The notes: generated from the letters alone by a model not told the origin. Shown: positions 17,915 to 28,171, counted from the stretch's first letter. The stretch is DNA of 64,000 nt from Verrucomicrobiota bacterium (GCA_045046875.1 JASFYY010000050.1:1-64000), one strand, 5' to 3'. A program made the numbers and translations.

Positions 17915-18400
17915 GTGGTGCAAAAAATACGACATCTTTTTACTTCGCCGGGTCACAATTACATTGGCCATCACGGCAGAGCACCCAGTGAACATGCGAT
18001 TGAGGAGCATGAGTCTCTGGATTTGATTGCGGGCAAGGGCATCAGCGGGGATCGTTATTTTGCATGGAAAGACGACTACAAGGGACAGATCACATTTTTT
18101 GATCAAGCTGTGGTGCAGGCGGTGCGGGATCAATTTTCGCTGCCCGACCTGGCGTCCTTAACTTTCCGCCGCAATGTCATCATCGAAGGAGTGGATCTCA
18201 ATGCCCTGATTGGCAAGACTTTCAGCATCGGGGATGCCGAGTTTGTAGGAGTGGAAGAATGCCGTCCTTGTTACTGGATGGATCAAGCTACGGGTGAGCA
18301 GAGCGTGGAGGAATTTTTAAAAGGCCGCGGCGGCCTGCGTTGCCGCATCCTTACCGATGCGGTGTTGGGAAAAGGCGAATGTGAGTTACGCGTGGGGTGA
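17915..18400 (+). CDS. MOSC domain protein
   Basis: GKGISGDRY, FRRNVIIEGVDLN, CRPCYWM, GRGGLRCRIL; next to moaA. Confidence 0.88.
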   Translation: MVQKIRHLFTSPGHNYIGHHGRAPSEHAIEEHESLDLIAGKGISGDRYFAWKDDYKGQITFFDQAVVQAVRDQFSLPDLASLTFRRNVIIEGVDLNALIGKTFSIGDAEFVGVEECRPCYWMDQATGEQSVEEFLKGRGGLRCRILTDAVLGKGECELRVG

Positions 18401-18609
18401 GGGAGTAAAGCATTTGTTCAAGCTTGTTTTACGCTGAACTTGTTCATATGAGCTGGAATTGATCGACCTTCGACTTTATTTGCAACGAGGATATATTCAA
18501 TGCCAACCCCCCTTTAATGTGTCAGATCCAGAATTTCATTATGTTTGTTTCCTTCGCGATTAGATTGTGTGGGTTCAATCAGACAATCTGCATTAACTTA
18601 CTTGAAGCA

Positions 18610-19716
18610 GTGAGACGGTTAAGCCAAATTATTTTAGGGATGGTTTTAATTTCCCTTTTTCATGCATGTGCCACAACACCTGATTTACATGAATCGGTCA
18701 GAATAGATGGGGTTGAACCACTTACAGAGTTAATTAAAATTCCTATCGGCGGGGTTGATCAGTGGCTATTAATCAGGAGCGCTAACCCGAGTAATCCTGT
18801 TTTTTTATTCATCCACGGTGGACCCGGTGCTGCTGAAATGCCTTTGTTAAGGCACTATAATTACGCCTTAGAGAAACACTTCACGGTGGTGATGTGGGAT
18901 CAGAGAGGTGCGGGTAAATCGAATGAAAATTCGATTCCGCCTGAAAGCATCAATATGGTTCAGTTACTTGATGATACACATGAAATTGTACAGTATTTAA
19001 AAAACAGGTTTTATAAGTCAAAAATTTTCCTGGCTGGACACTCATTTGGAACAGTCCTGGGAATACAGGCTATAGATGATCATCCTGAAGATTTTTATGC
19101 CTATGTCGGGATTGGGCAGGTTGTTGATATGAAGCGGAATATCGAATCCTCATACATGCTGTGTACCGAACTTGCCAATAAAAATGGAAATAAAAAAGAT
19201 ATCAGGGCCTTTTCTGGTATGCAAATAAATGGCAGGTTTTCAGGAGGTAGTGACCTTGAAAAGGCGCTATACATGCGTGACTGGATCTCTAAAAATGGGC
19301 GGATTTTTTATGATAGAAATAATATAAACAACCTGTCTTTTGTAGTTTTAACTGCACCTGAGTATACTTTATTTGAAAAGCTGAAATACATGAACGGCTT
19401 AAAAAAATCACGTGTGTTACTTTGGACCCCTGACTTGTTTGAAGTGAATTTTTTCAAAGATGTACCTACTCTGGAGGTGCCGGTTTACTTTGTTTCCGGT
19501 AAGTATGATTATATCACCAGTGATACGCTGGTCAGAGAGTATTTTAATTTTGTTCAAGCGCCTTATAAAGAACTGATTGAGTTCGAAAACAGTGCTCATT
19601 GCGCTATTTTTGAAGAACCGCTGAAATTTAACCAGTTAATGATAAATAAAATATTGAACCATGCCGTGCAGAATAATGAGGAGAACTCTATAGTCCCCAA
19701 GCTTGCTTCAGAATAA
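18610..19716 (+). CDS. Alpha/beta hydrolase (proline iminopeptidase-like), probable lipoprotein
   Basis: HGGPG, WDQRGAGKS, GHSFG, SAH. Probable GTG start gives MRRLSQIILGMVLISLFHAC (lipobox-like); the ORF is open from 18517. Confidence 0.85.
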   Translation: MRRLSQIILGMVLISLFHACATTPDLHESVRIDGVEPLTELIKIPIGGVDQWLLIRSANPSNPVFLFIHGGPGAAEMPLLRHYNYALEKHFTVVMWDQRGAGKSNENSIPPESINMVQLLDDTHEIVQYLKNRFYKSKIFLAGHSFGTVLGIQAIDDHPEDFYAYVGIGQVVDMKRNIESSYMLCTELANKNGNKKDIRAFSGMQINGRFSGGSDLEKALYMRDWISKNGRIFYDRNNINNLSFVVLTAPEYTLFEKLKYMNGLKKSRVLLWTPDLFEVNFFKDVPTLEVPVYFVSGKYDYITSDTLVREYFNFVQAPYKELIEFENSAHCAIFEEPLKFNQLMINKILNHAVQNNEENSIVPKLASE

Positions 19717-19806
19717 CGGCTATTGTCAGGAATTTGCTTTTTCGTTAACGAACAGGGGTTGGAGCGCTCTCGATCTGTTCGCTCCGACTCGCGTGCTCGC
19801 TACTCC

Positions 19807-19843
19807 ATGAAGGGCGTGTCCATAGCTGTGAACACGCCCTCAT
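19807..19843. terminator. Hairpin between convergent genes (possible bidirectional terminator)
   Basis: AGGGCGTGT...ACACGCCCT stem followed by a T-rich tract. Confidence 0.5.
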
Positions 19844-19856
19844 TTTATTTCAAAAA

Positions 19857-20204
19857 TTAACGGCGATGGGAAACCCGTCTGGACGTACGTCTGGAAGTGC
19901 GACGAGCTACACCTCGATAGCCCGATCCATAACCACGGTTATAATGTCCGCCGCCATAGTGACGGCCATAACCATAGCCGCCGTAGCCGCCGTAGCCGCC
20001 ACTTACACCGCCTAGAACACCGCCTAGGGCAGCTCCGGTAACGACTCCGCCCATAGGGGACATGGTAGTTACGTGGGTATCAATGAGGCCGGTGCTGCCG
20101 TAACCTCCATAGCCGCCATAGCCTGTTGTGCTATAAACTGCACAAGAGCTGGTCATAGCCATTAACCCTGCGGCCCCGATCGCTAAAATTGTTTTTGTGT
20201 TCAT
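19857..20204 (-). CDS. Small Gly/Tyr-rich lipoprotein with glycine-zipper-like segment and Arg-rich tail
   Basis: Lipobox-like AMTSSC; GYGGYGGYG repeats; GAALGGVLGG; GVARRTSRRTSRRVSHRR; coupled to the upstream gene by a TAATG overlap. Confidence 0.75.
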   Translation of the reverse strand: MNTKTILAIGAAGLMAMTSSCAVYSTTGYGGYGGYGSTGLIDTHVTTMSPMGGVVTGAALGGVLGGVSGGYGGYGGYGYGRHYGGGHYNRGYGSGYRGVARRTSRRTSRRVSHRR

Positions 20205-20662
20205 TAGTTTGCCAAGGTTTTGAGTTTTTGTATATCGTTATTGCCTTCGGCAGCCTGCATCTTTTGCTGAAAGTTAGCGGCCTCCTCTTTATCAATGATG
20301 CCATCTTTATTGAGGTCGATTTTATTCACCAATTTATCAAAAGTCCCCTCTTTTTCACAGTAAGCCAAAGCTTCGGGTAAGGTGAAATTGCCATTTTTTC
20401 CTAAGGCGTGAGTATTAAATCTTTTCTTGGTGACTTTGGGGAACACCAGTTTCCACTCATCATAGGTGACGCTGCCATTGCCGTTTTTATCAGCAGCATC
20501 AAAAATCGCACTCACCAGCGCTTTATTGAGCTCCTCCGTAGATATTTTGTCATCCTTATTGAGGTCAGCTTTTTTCATCGCCGATGTGCAGGAACTGCTC
20601 AATAAAGCCGCTGTGCCTGCCAGAATCGCGCAGCTTGCTACTTTGATTATTTTTCGTCTCAT
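20204..20662 (-). CDS. EF-hand calcium-binding lipoprotein
   Basis: Lipobox-like LSSSC; EF loops DLNKDDKISTEE, DKNGNGSVTYDE, DLNKDGIIDKEE. Confidence 0.85.
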   Translation of the reverse strand: MRRKIIKVASCAILAGTAALLSSSCTSAMKKADLNKDDKISTEELNKALVSAIFDAADKNGNGSVTYDEWKLVFPKVTKKRFNTHALGKNGNFTLPEALAYCEKEGTFDKLVNKIDLNKDGIIDKEEAANFQQKMQAAEGNNDIQKLKTLAN

Positions 20663-20714
20663 TGTTATGTTGGTATAATTAAGCGGCTTGGGTAATTCGT
20701 GGAGATTTTTGCTT

Positions 20715-22433
20715 TTAACTGGCAGCTTTCCACTTGTTGGTTTCGAGTTTCTCTTTTTCCTTCAAGGGGGCGTTGTCTTTTGATTCGTCTGTTTTGCCTG
20801 GGCGTTTGCGCTTGGTTTTGGCCTTGGCCCGAGGTTTGCGTGTTTTGCCATCGGCATCTGTGGAATCTTTGCTGTCGTCCTCTTGTTTGGGGTAGGCGAT
20901 GCGGTTGTGCATCATGCTTCGCAGGGTGGTGGCGAAGCTTTTTTTGATCAGTGCGATGTCGTGCAAGGTCAGTTCGCATTCGTCGAGTTGGTCTTCCTTC
21001 AGGCGACTATCAGTGATTTCTTCGATCAGTTGTTCGATGCGTTGCGGGGTGGGTTTGACCAGGCTGCGGGAGGCACTTTCGACCGCATCGGCGAGGCTGA
21101 TGATGGCGCTTTCTTTGCTGCGTGGTCGTGGGCCGGGATAGCGGAATCCTGCTTCGCTGACTTCCGGCACATCCTCTTCGCGGGTTTTGTCCTGGCGGAC
21201 TTGTTCTTCGAGTTCCTCTTTAAGTTTGAGCGCGCGGTGGTAAAAATAATAGATCAACGAGGTGCCGTGATGTTCGCGAATGACATCGATGATCTCAGAG
21301 TTGAGGTGGTGTTTCAGTGCCAGGTCAACGCCGTCTTTGACGTGGGCCATGATCACCAGGGCACTCATGGTAGGGGTCAGCTCATCATGAGGGTTGTGAA
21401 TGCCGTCACTATTCTCTATGAAATAACCGGGTTTGTTGAGTTTACCAATGTCATGAAAATAAGAGCAGGCGCGGCATTTGGTGGCGTTGGCTCCGACTGA
21501 TTCCGCCGCGGCTTCACTGAGGTTGGCTAGTACCAGGCAGTGATGGTAGGTGCCGGGTGCTTCCAGCGTCATGCGCTTCATCAGCGGGTGATTCAAGTCG
21601 GCCATTTCAAGCCAGGAAAGCGCGGTGGTGATACCAAACAGGCTTTCCAGAGCAGGCAGGACGCCACTGACTACCATGGCGGTGAGGGTGCCGACAAATA
21701 CTGCAGTCAGGCACTGTATCCCGATCAGTTTCCACTCGGTGGGGGTGGTGGGATTGAAGATGGGTATTTCGCCCATCACGCAACCCAACAGGGCACCGGT
21801 CAGCCCGACAAAAAGCCCGGCTCGAACCAAGCGGCTGCGTCGCCGCATGTCGTGCGTGAGGTAAACAGCGACAAAACCACAGACCAGACTGAAGATTAAA
21901 AATTTGAAAGCGGCATTTTCCGGAACTAGCAAACTGCCGAGTAGGCTGGAATAGAGGGCGGCCATTGTTCCATGGTTGCGCCCGAGCAACAAGGACATGA
22001 TCATCGGGGCAAAGGCGTAGGGCGCCATGAGGAAAATGTATCCGCTGCCTAGCGAGAAGGATTGACCCAGTGAGAGCGAAAGTTTTACTAATAATAAATG
22101 GGCGAGAATGGAAAAAAGCATCATTAACACCCGTGAGTTGCGCTCAAAGCTCTGGGGCAGATTGATGTAAAACTGCACCAGCATGGTCAAAGTGATCAGG
22201 GTGACCACAACGACTATTTGTGAGCTGGCGGCAAAAATACGTGCGCCACTGTCAGCGCCTAGGATAATGAGGGTGGATATCAGGAATGCGAAGAGGAAAA
22301 ACAGGCTGATACGCACCACCAAACCCTCTGCGAGTGCATAACGCAGCGCGTCTTCCTTCTGGGTGCGCCGTTTGCGACCACTGGAGAAGCCTTGTTGTTT
22401 GAGGCGTGAGTTTGAGAACAGCCGGTCAAGCAT
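20715..22433 (-). CDS. 7TM-HDIG metal-dependent phosphohydrolase (PgpH-like)
   Basis: Multiple TM helices, EAPGTYHH, YFHDIGK, EHHGT, FRYPGPRP, LADAVESASRSL. Confidence 0.9.
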   Translation of the reverse strand: MLDRLFSNSRLKQQGFSSGRKRRTQKEDALRYALAEGLVVRISLFFLFAFLISTLIILGADSGARIFAASSQIVVVVTLITLTMLVQFYINLPQSFERNSRVLMMLFSILAHLLLVKLSLSLGQSFSLGSGYIFLMAPYAFAPMIMSLLLGRNHGTMAALYSSLLGSLLVPENAAFKFLIFSLVCGFVAVYLTHDMRRRSRLVRAGLFVGLTGALLGCVMGEIPIFNPTTPTEWKLIGIQCLTAVFVGTLTAMVVSGVLPALESLFGITTALSWLEMADLNHPLMKRMTLEAPGTYHHCLVLANLSEAAAESVGANATKCRACSYFHDIGKLNKPGYFIENSDGIHNPHDELTPTMSALVIMAHVKDGVDLALKHHLNSEIIDVIREHHGTSLIYYFYHRALKLKEELEEQVRQDKTREEDVPEVSEAGFRYPGPRPRSKESAIISLADAVESASRSLVKPTPQRIEQLIEEITDSRLKEDQLDECELTLHDIALIKKSFATTLRSMMHNRIAYPKQEDDSKDSTDADGKTRKPRAKAKTKRKRPGKTDESKDNAPLKEKEKLETNKWKAAS

Positions 22434-22627
22434 GGGTTTCAGTTGGTTTCAGTAAGAGAAACAAGATGGATTTTCGATCTGGAAAAGCAGGGGATTTGGA
22501 TTGTAGGGGTTTATTGGCAAAAAGAAAAGCTCCATCCGCATTAGTTTTGCCGTCATCTGCCTAAAGTAATAGTGTCGCTCCACGGTTGGAGGAGCTCGTA
22601 GGGGCGGTTTTTTGAAACCTTGAGGTA

Positions 22628-22990
22628 TCAGTCCGCTGCGATCCAGCTTGTGGCCTCGTCCAGTAGGTCGTGATCAAAATATTTGATCTTCGCCGTGGTG
22701 AAAGGCTTGCAGAAATTTGCCATTCCAGCCTCCCATTTGCTTTCTCCTACGATCGCCAGTCTTTCGATGTCTCTCCAGTGGTGGGTGCCAAACTTGAGAT
22801 CTTCCCATACCGCTCCCAAGGTCCAGCCGTGAAAGTCGTGCATTTCGAATAATAGCCTTAATTTCCCATTATCCTTGATTTGCTCATCTAATAAGGGCGC
22901 AAAAAGTTGATAGTCCTCTTTGCTCAATTTGCCCTCGGCTTTGATATGGGCAAAATTTCCACTGGTGGTGATTTCGATTCCTTCGCTCAT
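22628..22990 (-). CDS. SpoIIAA-like (STAS/SEC14) protein
   Basis: From MSEGIE: GKLSKEDY...KLRLLFEM.DFHGW...WEDLKFG...IERLAIVG. The ORF-track extension overlaps the next gene. Confidence 0.88.
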   Translation of the reverse strand: MSEGIEITTSGNFAHIKAEGKLSKEDYQLFAPLLDEQIKDNGKLRLLFEMHDFHGWTLGAVWEDLKFGTHHWRDIERLAIVGESKWEAGMANFCKPFTTAKIKYFDHDLLDEATSWIAAD

Positions 22991-23043
22991 GGGATAAATA
23001 TGCTGGTTGGATGGAATAAAGCCAAGCTTTTTCCTTGGCCGTG

Positions 23044-23961
23044 TTAGGCCTTGAACTTCGCATCCAATGCGGTGCGGGCTTTTTCCAAAGCCTCGCGGGA
23101 CTGATTGAGGCCTTGGTATCCGCCAAATTCGATTCCACAAAAACCGCGATAACCGGCCTTCAAAACGATGCTGAGCATTCTTTCGAAGTCGAGCGGGATT
23201 TGTTTGATTTCGGGGGTCCATACGGTGTCTTTCACTGAAACGCCTTTGGCATAAGGCATCAATTGTTCAACGCCTTTGTAGGCATCGTAGGATTCGGTAT
23301 CGGAGATCTTAAAATTGCCAAAATCGGGCAAGGTGCCGCAGCGGTCGTGTTTGACGGTTTTGATCACTTCGAGCAACCACTTGCCATTGCTGGAGAGGCC
23401 ACCATGATTTTCAACGATGACGTTCATGTCCGATTTGGCAGCGATGTCGGTTAATTGGGCCAACCCATCGGCGGCGAGAGCGACTTGTTCGTCCCAGCTG
23501 CCTTTACTGCGGGCATTAACCCGGATCGAGTGGCAGCCAAGGAATTTCGCTGCATCGATCCATTTGCGGTGATTGTCGACGGTCTTTTTGCGTTTGACGG
23601 CATCCGAATCGCCGAGGTTGCCTTCGCGGTCGCACATGATGAGCACGCTTTCGACGCCCTGGTCGGCCGCGCGTTTTTTCATCTGGCCGAGATAGGATTG
23701 GTCATTGGCTTTATCCATGAAAAACTGGTTCACGTATTCGAGCCCCTCGATGCCGTGTTTGGCGGCGACTTCAGCAAATTGAAGATTGTCGAGTTTTCCT
23801 GATTTGAACTCTTTGACCAGGGTCCACTGAGCCAATGAAATGCGGAATAAGGGTTTTTTCTGGGCGAGAGCCGAGTTCGATAGTTCGGGCAAAAAAGACG
23901 CGGCGCCTGCAAGGCTGAGAGCTGAAGTAGAGAGGAATTTACGGCGTGATGTTGCTTTCAT
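23044..23961 (-). CDS. Tat-exported sugar phosphate isomerase/epimerase (xylose-isomerase-like TIM barrel)
   Basis: SRRKFL Tat motif; ISLAQW, VENHGG, TLPDFGNF, GIEF. Confidence 0.9.
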   Translation of the reverse strand: MKATSRRKFLSTSALSLAGAASFLPELSNSALAQKKPLFRISLAQWTLVKEFKSGKLDNLQFAEVAAKHGIEGLEYVNQFFMDKANDQSYLGQMKKRAADQGVESVLIMCDREGNLGDSDAVKRKKTVDNHRKWIDAAKFLGCHSIRVNARSKGSWDEQVALAADGLAQLTDIAAKSDMNVIVENHGGLSSNGKWLLEVIKTVKHDRCGTLPDFGNFKISDTESYDAYKGVEQLMPYAKGVSVKDTVWTPEIKQIPLDFERMLSIVLKAGYRGFCGIEFGGYQGLNQSREALEKARTALDAKFKA

Positions 23962-24076
23962 AAGCAGACTATGAACCGAGAAGGGCCCGGGTGCCAGTGG
24001 GAATTATTTATATCAGGATGTGCGTGGGCGATTTATTATTGAATCCATGGCGGTTCAGCTCTCTATTGCGGGTAAT

Positions 24077-25426
24077 ATGAAAAATTCATCCACCCCTCGC
24101 CGCGACTTTTTGAAAACTGCCGGCAAAGCTGCCGCAGGCATCACTATTCTTAAAGCGGGATCTGCCCGGACTTATGCGGCTAATGAAAAACTGAATCTTG
24201 CGTTCATTGGTGCAGGCGGACGAGCCAACGCTGATTTAAAGGAACTGTCTTCGCAAAATGTGGTGGCGTTGTGTGATGTGGATTGGAGCCGCGCTGCGGG
24301 TTCGTTTAGGAAGTATGCGGGAGCTAAGCGGTTTAAAGACTACCGCAAAATGCTGGAAGAGGTTCATAAAGAGGTAGATGGGGTGGTGGTGGCCACGCCT
24401 GACCATCATCACTTTCACGCATCGATGACCGCGCTCAAATATGGCAAACATGTTTATTGTGAAAAGCCGCTGACCCATACGATTCAACAAGCCAGGATTC
24501 TGACCGAGACCGCGCGCAAGGCTGGCGTGGCGACCCAGATGGGAAACCAGGCGCAGGCCAATGAGGCAACCCGCGTGGTGCAGGAATTTGTCATGGATAA
24601 TGCGGTGGGGAAGATTCGCGAGGCGCATATTTGGACGGATCGCCCATCGAAAGGTTTGTTCGAGCAATACTGGCCGCAGGCGATTGATCGTCCGACAGAT
24701 ACTCCTCCAGTGCCGGACACCATGTCGTGGGATTTGTGGTTGGGGCCGGCTCCGGAGCGTCCGTATCATCCGGCGTATGCGCCTTTTAAATGGCGAGGAT
24801 GGTGGGATTTTGGCACCGGAGCGTTGGGCGATATTGGGTGTCATTTTTGCGATCCGGTGTTTCGGGCGCTTAAATTGGGATCGCCGACAACGGTTGAGGC
24901 AGCTTCTACCCGGGTGAACAAGGAAACTTATCCGAATGGATCGATGATCACTTATGAGTTTCCTGCCCGTGGGGAAATGCCTGCTTTGAAGTTGGTGTGG
25001 TATGATGGAGGGCTGCGCCCGGCGCGTCCGGAGGCTCTGGCTTCGAATGTGGTCATGGGAGCCAACGGTTTGTTACTGGTGGGGGACGACGGGTATTTGA
25101 GTTCCGATTGGAATAGCTGGAAAATGTCGCCGGAGAAAAAAGCCAAGGAGTACGGTGCACCACCGAAAAAGCTGGAGCGTTCCAAGGGGCATCATCAGGA
25201 ATGGATCGACGCCTGTAAAGGAGGAGCCAAACCAGGCTCGAACTTTGACTGGGCCGGGCCGTTGACTGAAGCGGTATTGCTAGGAACGGTAGCTCTGCGT
25301 TCACAATTGCGTGAGAAGATGACCAAAACCAAACTGCACTGGGATTCCAAGAACATGAAATTCACCGGCTTTGAAGAAGCTGATCAGTTTGTAGGGTATG
25401 CGTACCGTAAAGGGTGGGAGGTGTAG
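24077..25426 (+). CDS. Tat-exported Gfo/Idh/MocA oxidoreductase
   Basis: RRDFLK; IGAGGR; VATPDHHH; HVYCEKPL; WDLWLGPAP; WRGWWDFGTGALGD. Confidence 0.93.
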   Translation: MKNSSTPRRDFLKTAGKAAAGITILKAGSARTYAANEKLNLAFIGAGGRANADLKELSSQNVVALCDVDWSRAAGSFRKYAGAKRFKDYRKMLEEVHKEVDGVVVATPDHHHFHASMTALKYGKHVYCEKPLTHTIQQARILTETARKAGVATQMGNQAQANEATRVVQEFVMDNAVGKIREAHIWTDRPSKGLFEQYWPQAIDRPTDTPPVPDTMSWDLWLGPAPERPYHPAYAPFKWRGWWDFGTGALGDIGCHFCDPVFRALKLGSPTTVEAASTRVNKETYPNGSMITYEFPARGEMPALKLVWYDGGLRPARPEALASNVVMGANGLLLVGDDGYLSSDWNSWKMSPEKKAKEYGAPPKKLERSKGHHQEWIDACKGGAKPGSNFDWAGPLTEAVLLGTVALRSQLREKMTKTKLHWDSKNMKFTGFEEADQFVGYAYRKGWEV

Positions 25427-25436
25427 CTGTAAGCTT

Positions 25437-26060
25437 ATGAGAATTGTATTGTCGCAGCGGGGTTGGGTCTTTGATGGCTTGTCGGGATTGGAGTGGTTGT
25501 TTTTGCAACGCTTGCCGGTCTTGATCGATGAATTGTCGTCGGATGAAGGGGCGCGGTTGCGTTTGTTTCCTGCCCCGGTGCGTGAGAAAGATCAAGAGGC
25601 GCGAGTGGGCACGGGAACAGATGAGGACGAGCAGGTGATTGCCGATGATTGGAAGGAATACGTCCGCCCTGAACTGGAAACTTTGTTTGACGAAGCTTGC
25701 CAGATGGTGGCGACCGATTTGCAAAAAGGGCAACGCTTCGAGGTGCCGGCTGATGAATCTGGGGAGGGGGGTGAAGAGGGCGAGTTTTATTCTCTTGAGG
25801 TGCCTGGGGAGCATGTGGAGCAGTGGAACAGTGCGCTTAATCAGGCCCGTTTGCTGATGAACGAAGTTTATGCGCTGGCCGAGAGTGAAAAGGGCTTGGC
25901 GGAGAGCTTGCTGGATGTTTATGGAGAAGAAGGCGGCGGTGGCGCTGACGAAGACCGGTCAAGGCAAGCCCAGGCTTATCCGCAGTGGCTGTTGTTGGCC
26001 CAGTATGGATTTTACGGAGCGGTCCAGAGCTTTTTGATCGAAACTCTGATGGATGTGTGA
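25437..26060 (+). CDS. Hypothetical protein, DUF2017-like
   Basis: RLFP..., DW.EYVRPEL, W.SALNQARL patterns; acidic. Confidence 0.6.
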   Translation: MRIVLSQRGWVFDGLSGLEWLFLQRLPVLIDELSSDEGARLRLFPAPVREKDQEARVGTGTDEDEQVIADDWKEYVRPELETLFDEACQMVATDLQKGQRFEVPADESGEGGEEGEFYSLEVPGEHVEQWNSALNQARLLMNEVYALAESEKGLAESLLDVYGEEGGGGADEDRSRQAQAYPQWLLLAQYGFYGAVQSFLIETLMDV

Positions 26061-26072
26061 AGGGGGGAGGGA

Positions 26073-26115
26073 AGTAGTCAGGATTCAGAATAAAGGATTT
26101 TGAATCCTGACTACT
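26073..26115. terminator. Long inverted repeat between convergent genes
   Basis: AGTAGTCAGGATTCA ... TGAATCCTGACTACT (15-bp perfect arms). Confidence 0.65.
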
Positions 26116-26126
26116 CTCTTCTGATT

Positions 26127-26990
26127 TCAAGCAAATACGACGCTGCGGTTTTTGTAAACCAGGATGCGGTGTTGCAGGTGGCGCCAGACGGCGCGGGAGA
26201 GGACGATTTTTTCGAGGTCTTTGCCTTTGCGAATGAAGTCGCTGACGGTTTCGCGATGGGAGACGCGAATGACATCCTGGGTGATGATGGGGCCTTCGTC
26301 GAGATCGGAAGTGACGTAGTGGCTGGTGGCACCGATGATTTTCACTCCGCGTTGGTGGGCCGAGTGGTAGGGGCGGGCGCCGGGGAATGCAGGTAAAAAA
26401 GAATGGTGGATGTTGATGATCTGATTGGGGAAGTGATCAACAAAATCCGCTGACAGAATCTGCATGTAACGGGCGAGTACGATGGTGTCGATGTGATGCT
26501 TGGTTAAAAGGGCGATTTGTTTTTTCTCCTGGACGGCTTTGTTCTCCGCAGTGATCGGGATGTGGTGAAAAGGGATGTTGAACTGTCGAGCGACGGGTTC
26601 GAGGTCGCTGCGATTGCTTATGATCAGCGGTATGTCCATCAGCAGGTCGCCGCTTTGGTGGCGGGAGAGCAGATCGTAAAGGCAGTGGTTGTCGCGGGTG
26701 ACAAAAAGAGCGACCTGGGGGCGAACATCACTGAAGTGCAGCGACCATTGCATGTCGAAGCGGGTGAGCAGGGGTTCGAGCGCGCCGGCTATTTGCTGCG
26801 CGGCGATATTAAATCCTTCGAGTTGCCATTCAACGCGCATGAAAAAGGCTTTTTGTGCGCTATCGACGTGTTGTTCGAGATCGACGATGTTGCCATGGGC
26901 GTCCGAGATGAAGCTCGATATTGCCGATACCAGACCGGATTGGTCGACACAGGAGACGAGCAGAATTGCGGTGGCTGGTATTGATTCCAT
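26127..26990 (-). CDS. purU: Formyltetrahydrofolate deformylase
   Basis: N-terminal ACT (SCVDQSGLV), [46 protein letters not shown]. True start is ATG 26990; the ORF-track extension runs through the tRNA. Confidence 0.96.
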   Translation of the reverse strand: MESIPATAILLVSCVDQSGLVSAISSFISDAHGNIVDLEQHVDSAQKAFFMRVEWQLEGFNIAAQQIAGALEPLLTRFDMQWSLHFSDVRPQVALFVTRDNHCLYDLLSRHQSGDLLMDIPLIISNRSDLEPVARQFNIPFHHIPITAENKAVQEKKQIALLTKHHIDTIVLARYMQILSADFVDHFPNQIINIHHSFLPAFPGARPYHSAHQRGVKIIGATSHYVTSDLDEGPIITQDVIRVSHRETVSDFIRKGKDLEKIVLSRAVWRHLQHRILVYKNRSVVFA

Positions 26991-27021
26991 GGTGAGGACA
27001 AGGAAAAAAAGAAAATAAAAG

Positions 27022-27103
<82 letters not shown>

Positions 27104-27124
27104 TTTTTTTAGCGAAGAGAATCA

Positions 27125-27928
27125 ATGATTAGAGCGGAAATGTCTCGGGAGCAAGTTTTCTTTCACTCTTGGGCGTTTTTGTGGGATAGAGGAGGTGTGG
27201 GGCAAAAGAAAAAACAGCAACGGCGCTACGGCATTATCATCCCGGTTTGTGATGAAGAAGCTTGTCTGGGGCAGGTGATTGACGAGTTGCGGCAGGTTTT
27301 ACCCAAGCAGGATTTTGTTTTGGTCATTGGTTTGAATGCGACCAGTGATGAGTCGGGTGAAATAGCCGAAGATCGAGCTGTGATCGTGGGGAGAACGGAG
27401 ATGCGGGGGTACGGGTACGGCTGCATGGCGGCGATCGATGCGTTGCAAGCAGCGGGTGAGGAGGTGGATGCTTATATATTTTGTGCGGGGGACGGGGCGA
27501 GCCGGCCCCAGGATGTGCTTTGCTTGGTACAGCGATATGAGGCAACCGGGGTAGCGATGGTGATTGGCTTGCGCCGTTTTGTTTTGCGAACCTGGTGGCA
27601 ACAATTTGGACGAGCTTTACCTAATTTGATTTTGGGTGGCGTTGGTTTTGTTCTAACCGGGCGCTTTTATCATGATCTGGGTCCTTTGCGTTTGATTGGG
27701 AGGCACCTTTTTGGAAAGCTGGATTTACAGGAAATGACCTGGGGCTGGACGATCGAAGCGGAGGTCAAAGCCAGTCGGCTTGGACAGCCGGTGGAGACGA
27801 TTGCGGTGCAAGAACGAGAGCGGGTGGGAGGGCTGCAGAAGGTGAGCGGGGTGTCTTTGATTCAATCGTTGAAAATCGGGACGTTTATTATGAAGGCAGG
27901 AGTTAGGGCGCGACTGGTTGACTACTAG
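27125..27928 (+). CDS. Glycosyltransferase family 2 protein
   Basis: [35 protein letters not shown]; the start may be downstream (GTG 27197). Confidence 0.85.
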   Translation: MIRAEMSREQVFFHSWAFLWDRGGVGQKKKQQRRYGIIIPVCDEEACLGQVIDELRQVLPKQDFVLVIGLNATSDESGEIAEDRAVIVGRTEMRGYGYGCMAAIDALQAAGEEVDAYIFCAGDGASRPQDVLCLVQRYEATGVAMVIGLRRFVLRTWWQQFGRALPNLILGGVGFVLTGRFYHDLGPLRLIGRHLFGKLDLQEMTWGWTIEAEVKASRLGQPVETIAVQERERVGGLQKVSGVSLIQSLKIGTFIMKAGVRARLVDY

Positions 27929-28171
27929 ATAGTTAGCATTTGAGGGGAGAGGTGACTAGGATTGACAGAAATAGGGCGGAATATAAGCTTGTTAGCTTCA
28001 AAGATGAAAAAATTAAAATAATCCATGCGAAAGCTTGTTATTTGTGTGATTTTATCAAAAATCCCCTACAGTGACATGGAAAATAGAAAAAGCGTGAATA
28101 TAGACCTTCCGGTTATAGCTCTCCCATTACGCTCGTAAAAGCTTCTTTCTAGTGAAGCTGGCAATTGAAAA

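Noticed and set aside
22991..23221. Extended start of the SpoIIAA-like ORF
   Set aside because: It overlaps the isomerase 3' end; the domain begins at MSEGIE (22990).
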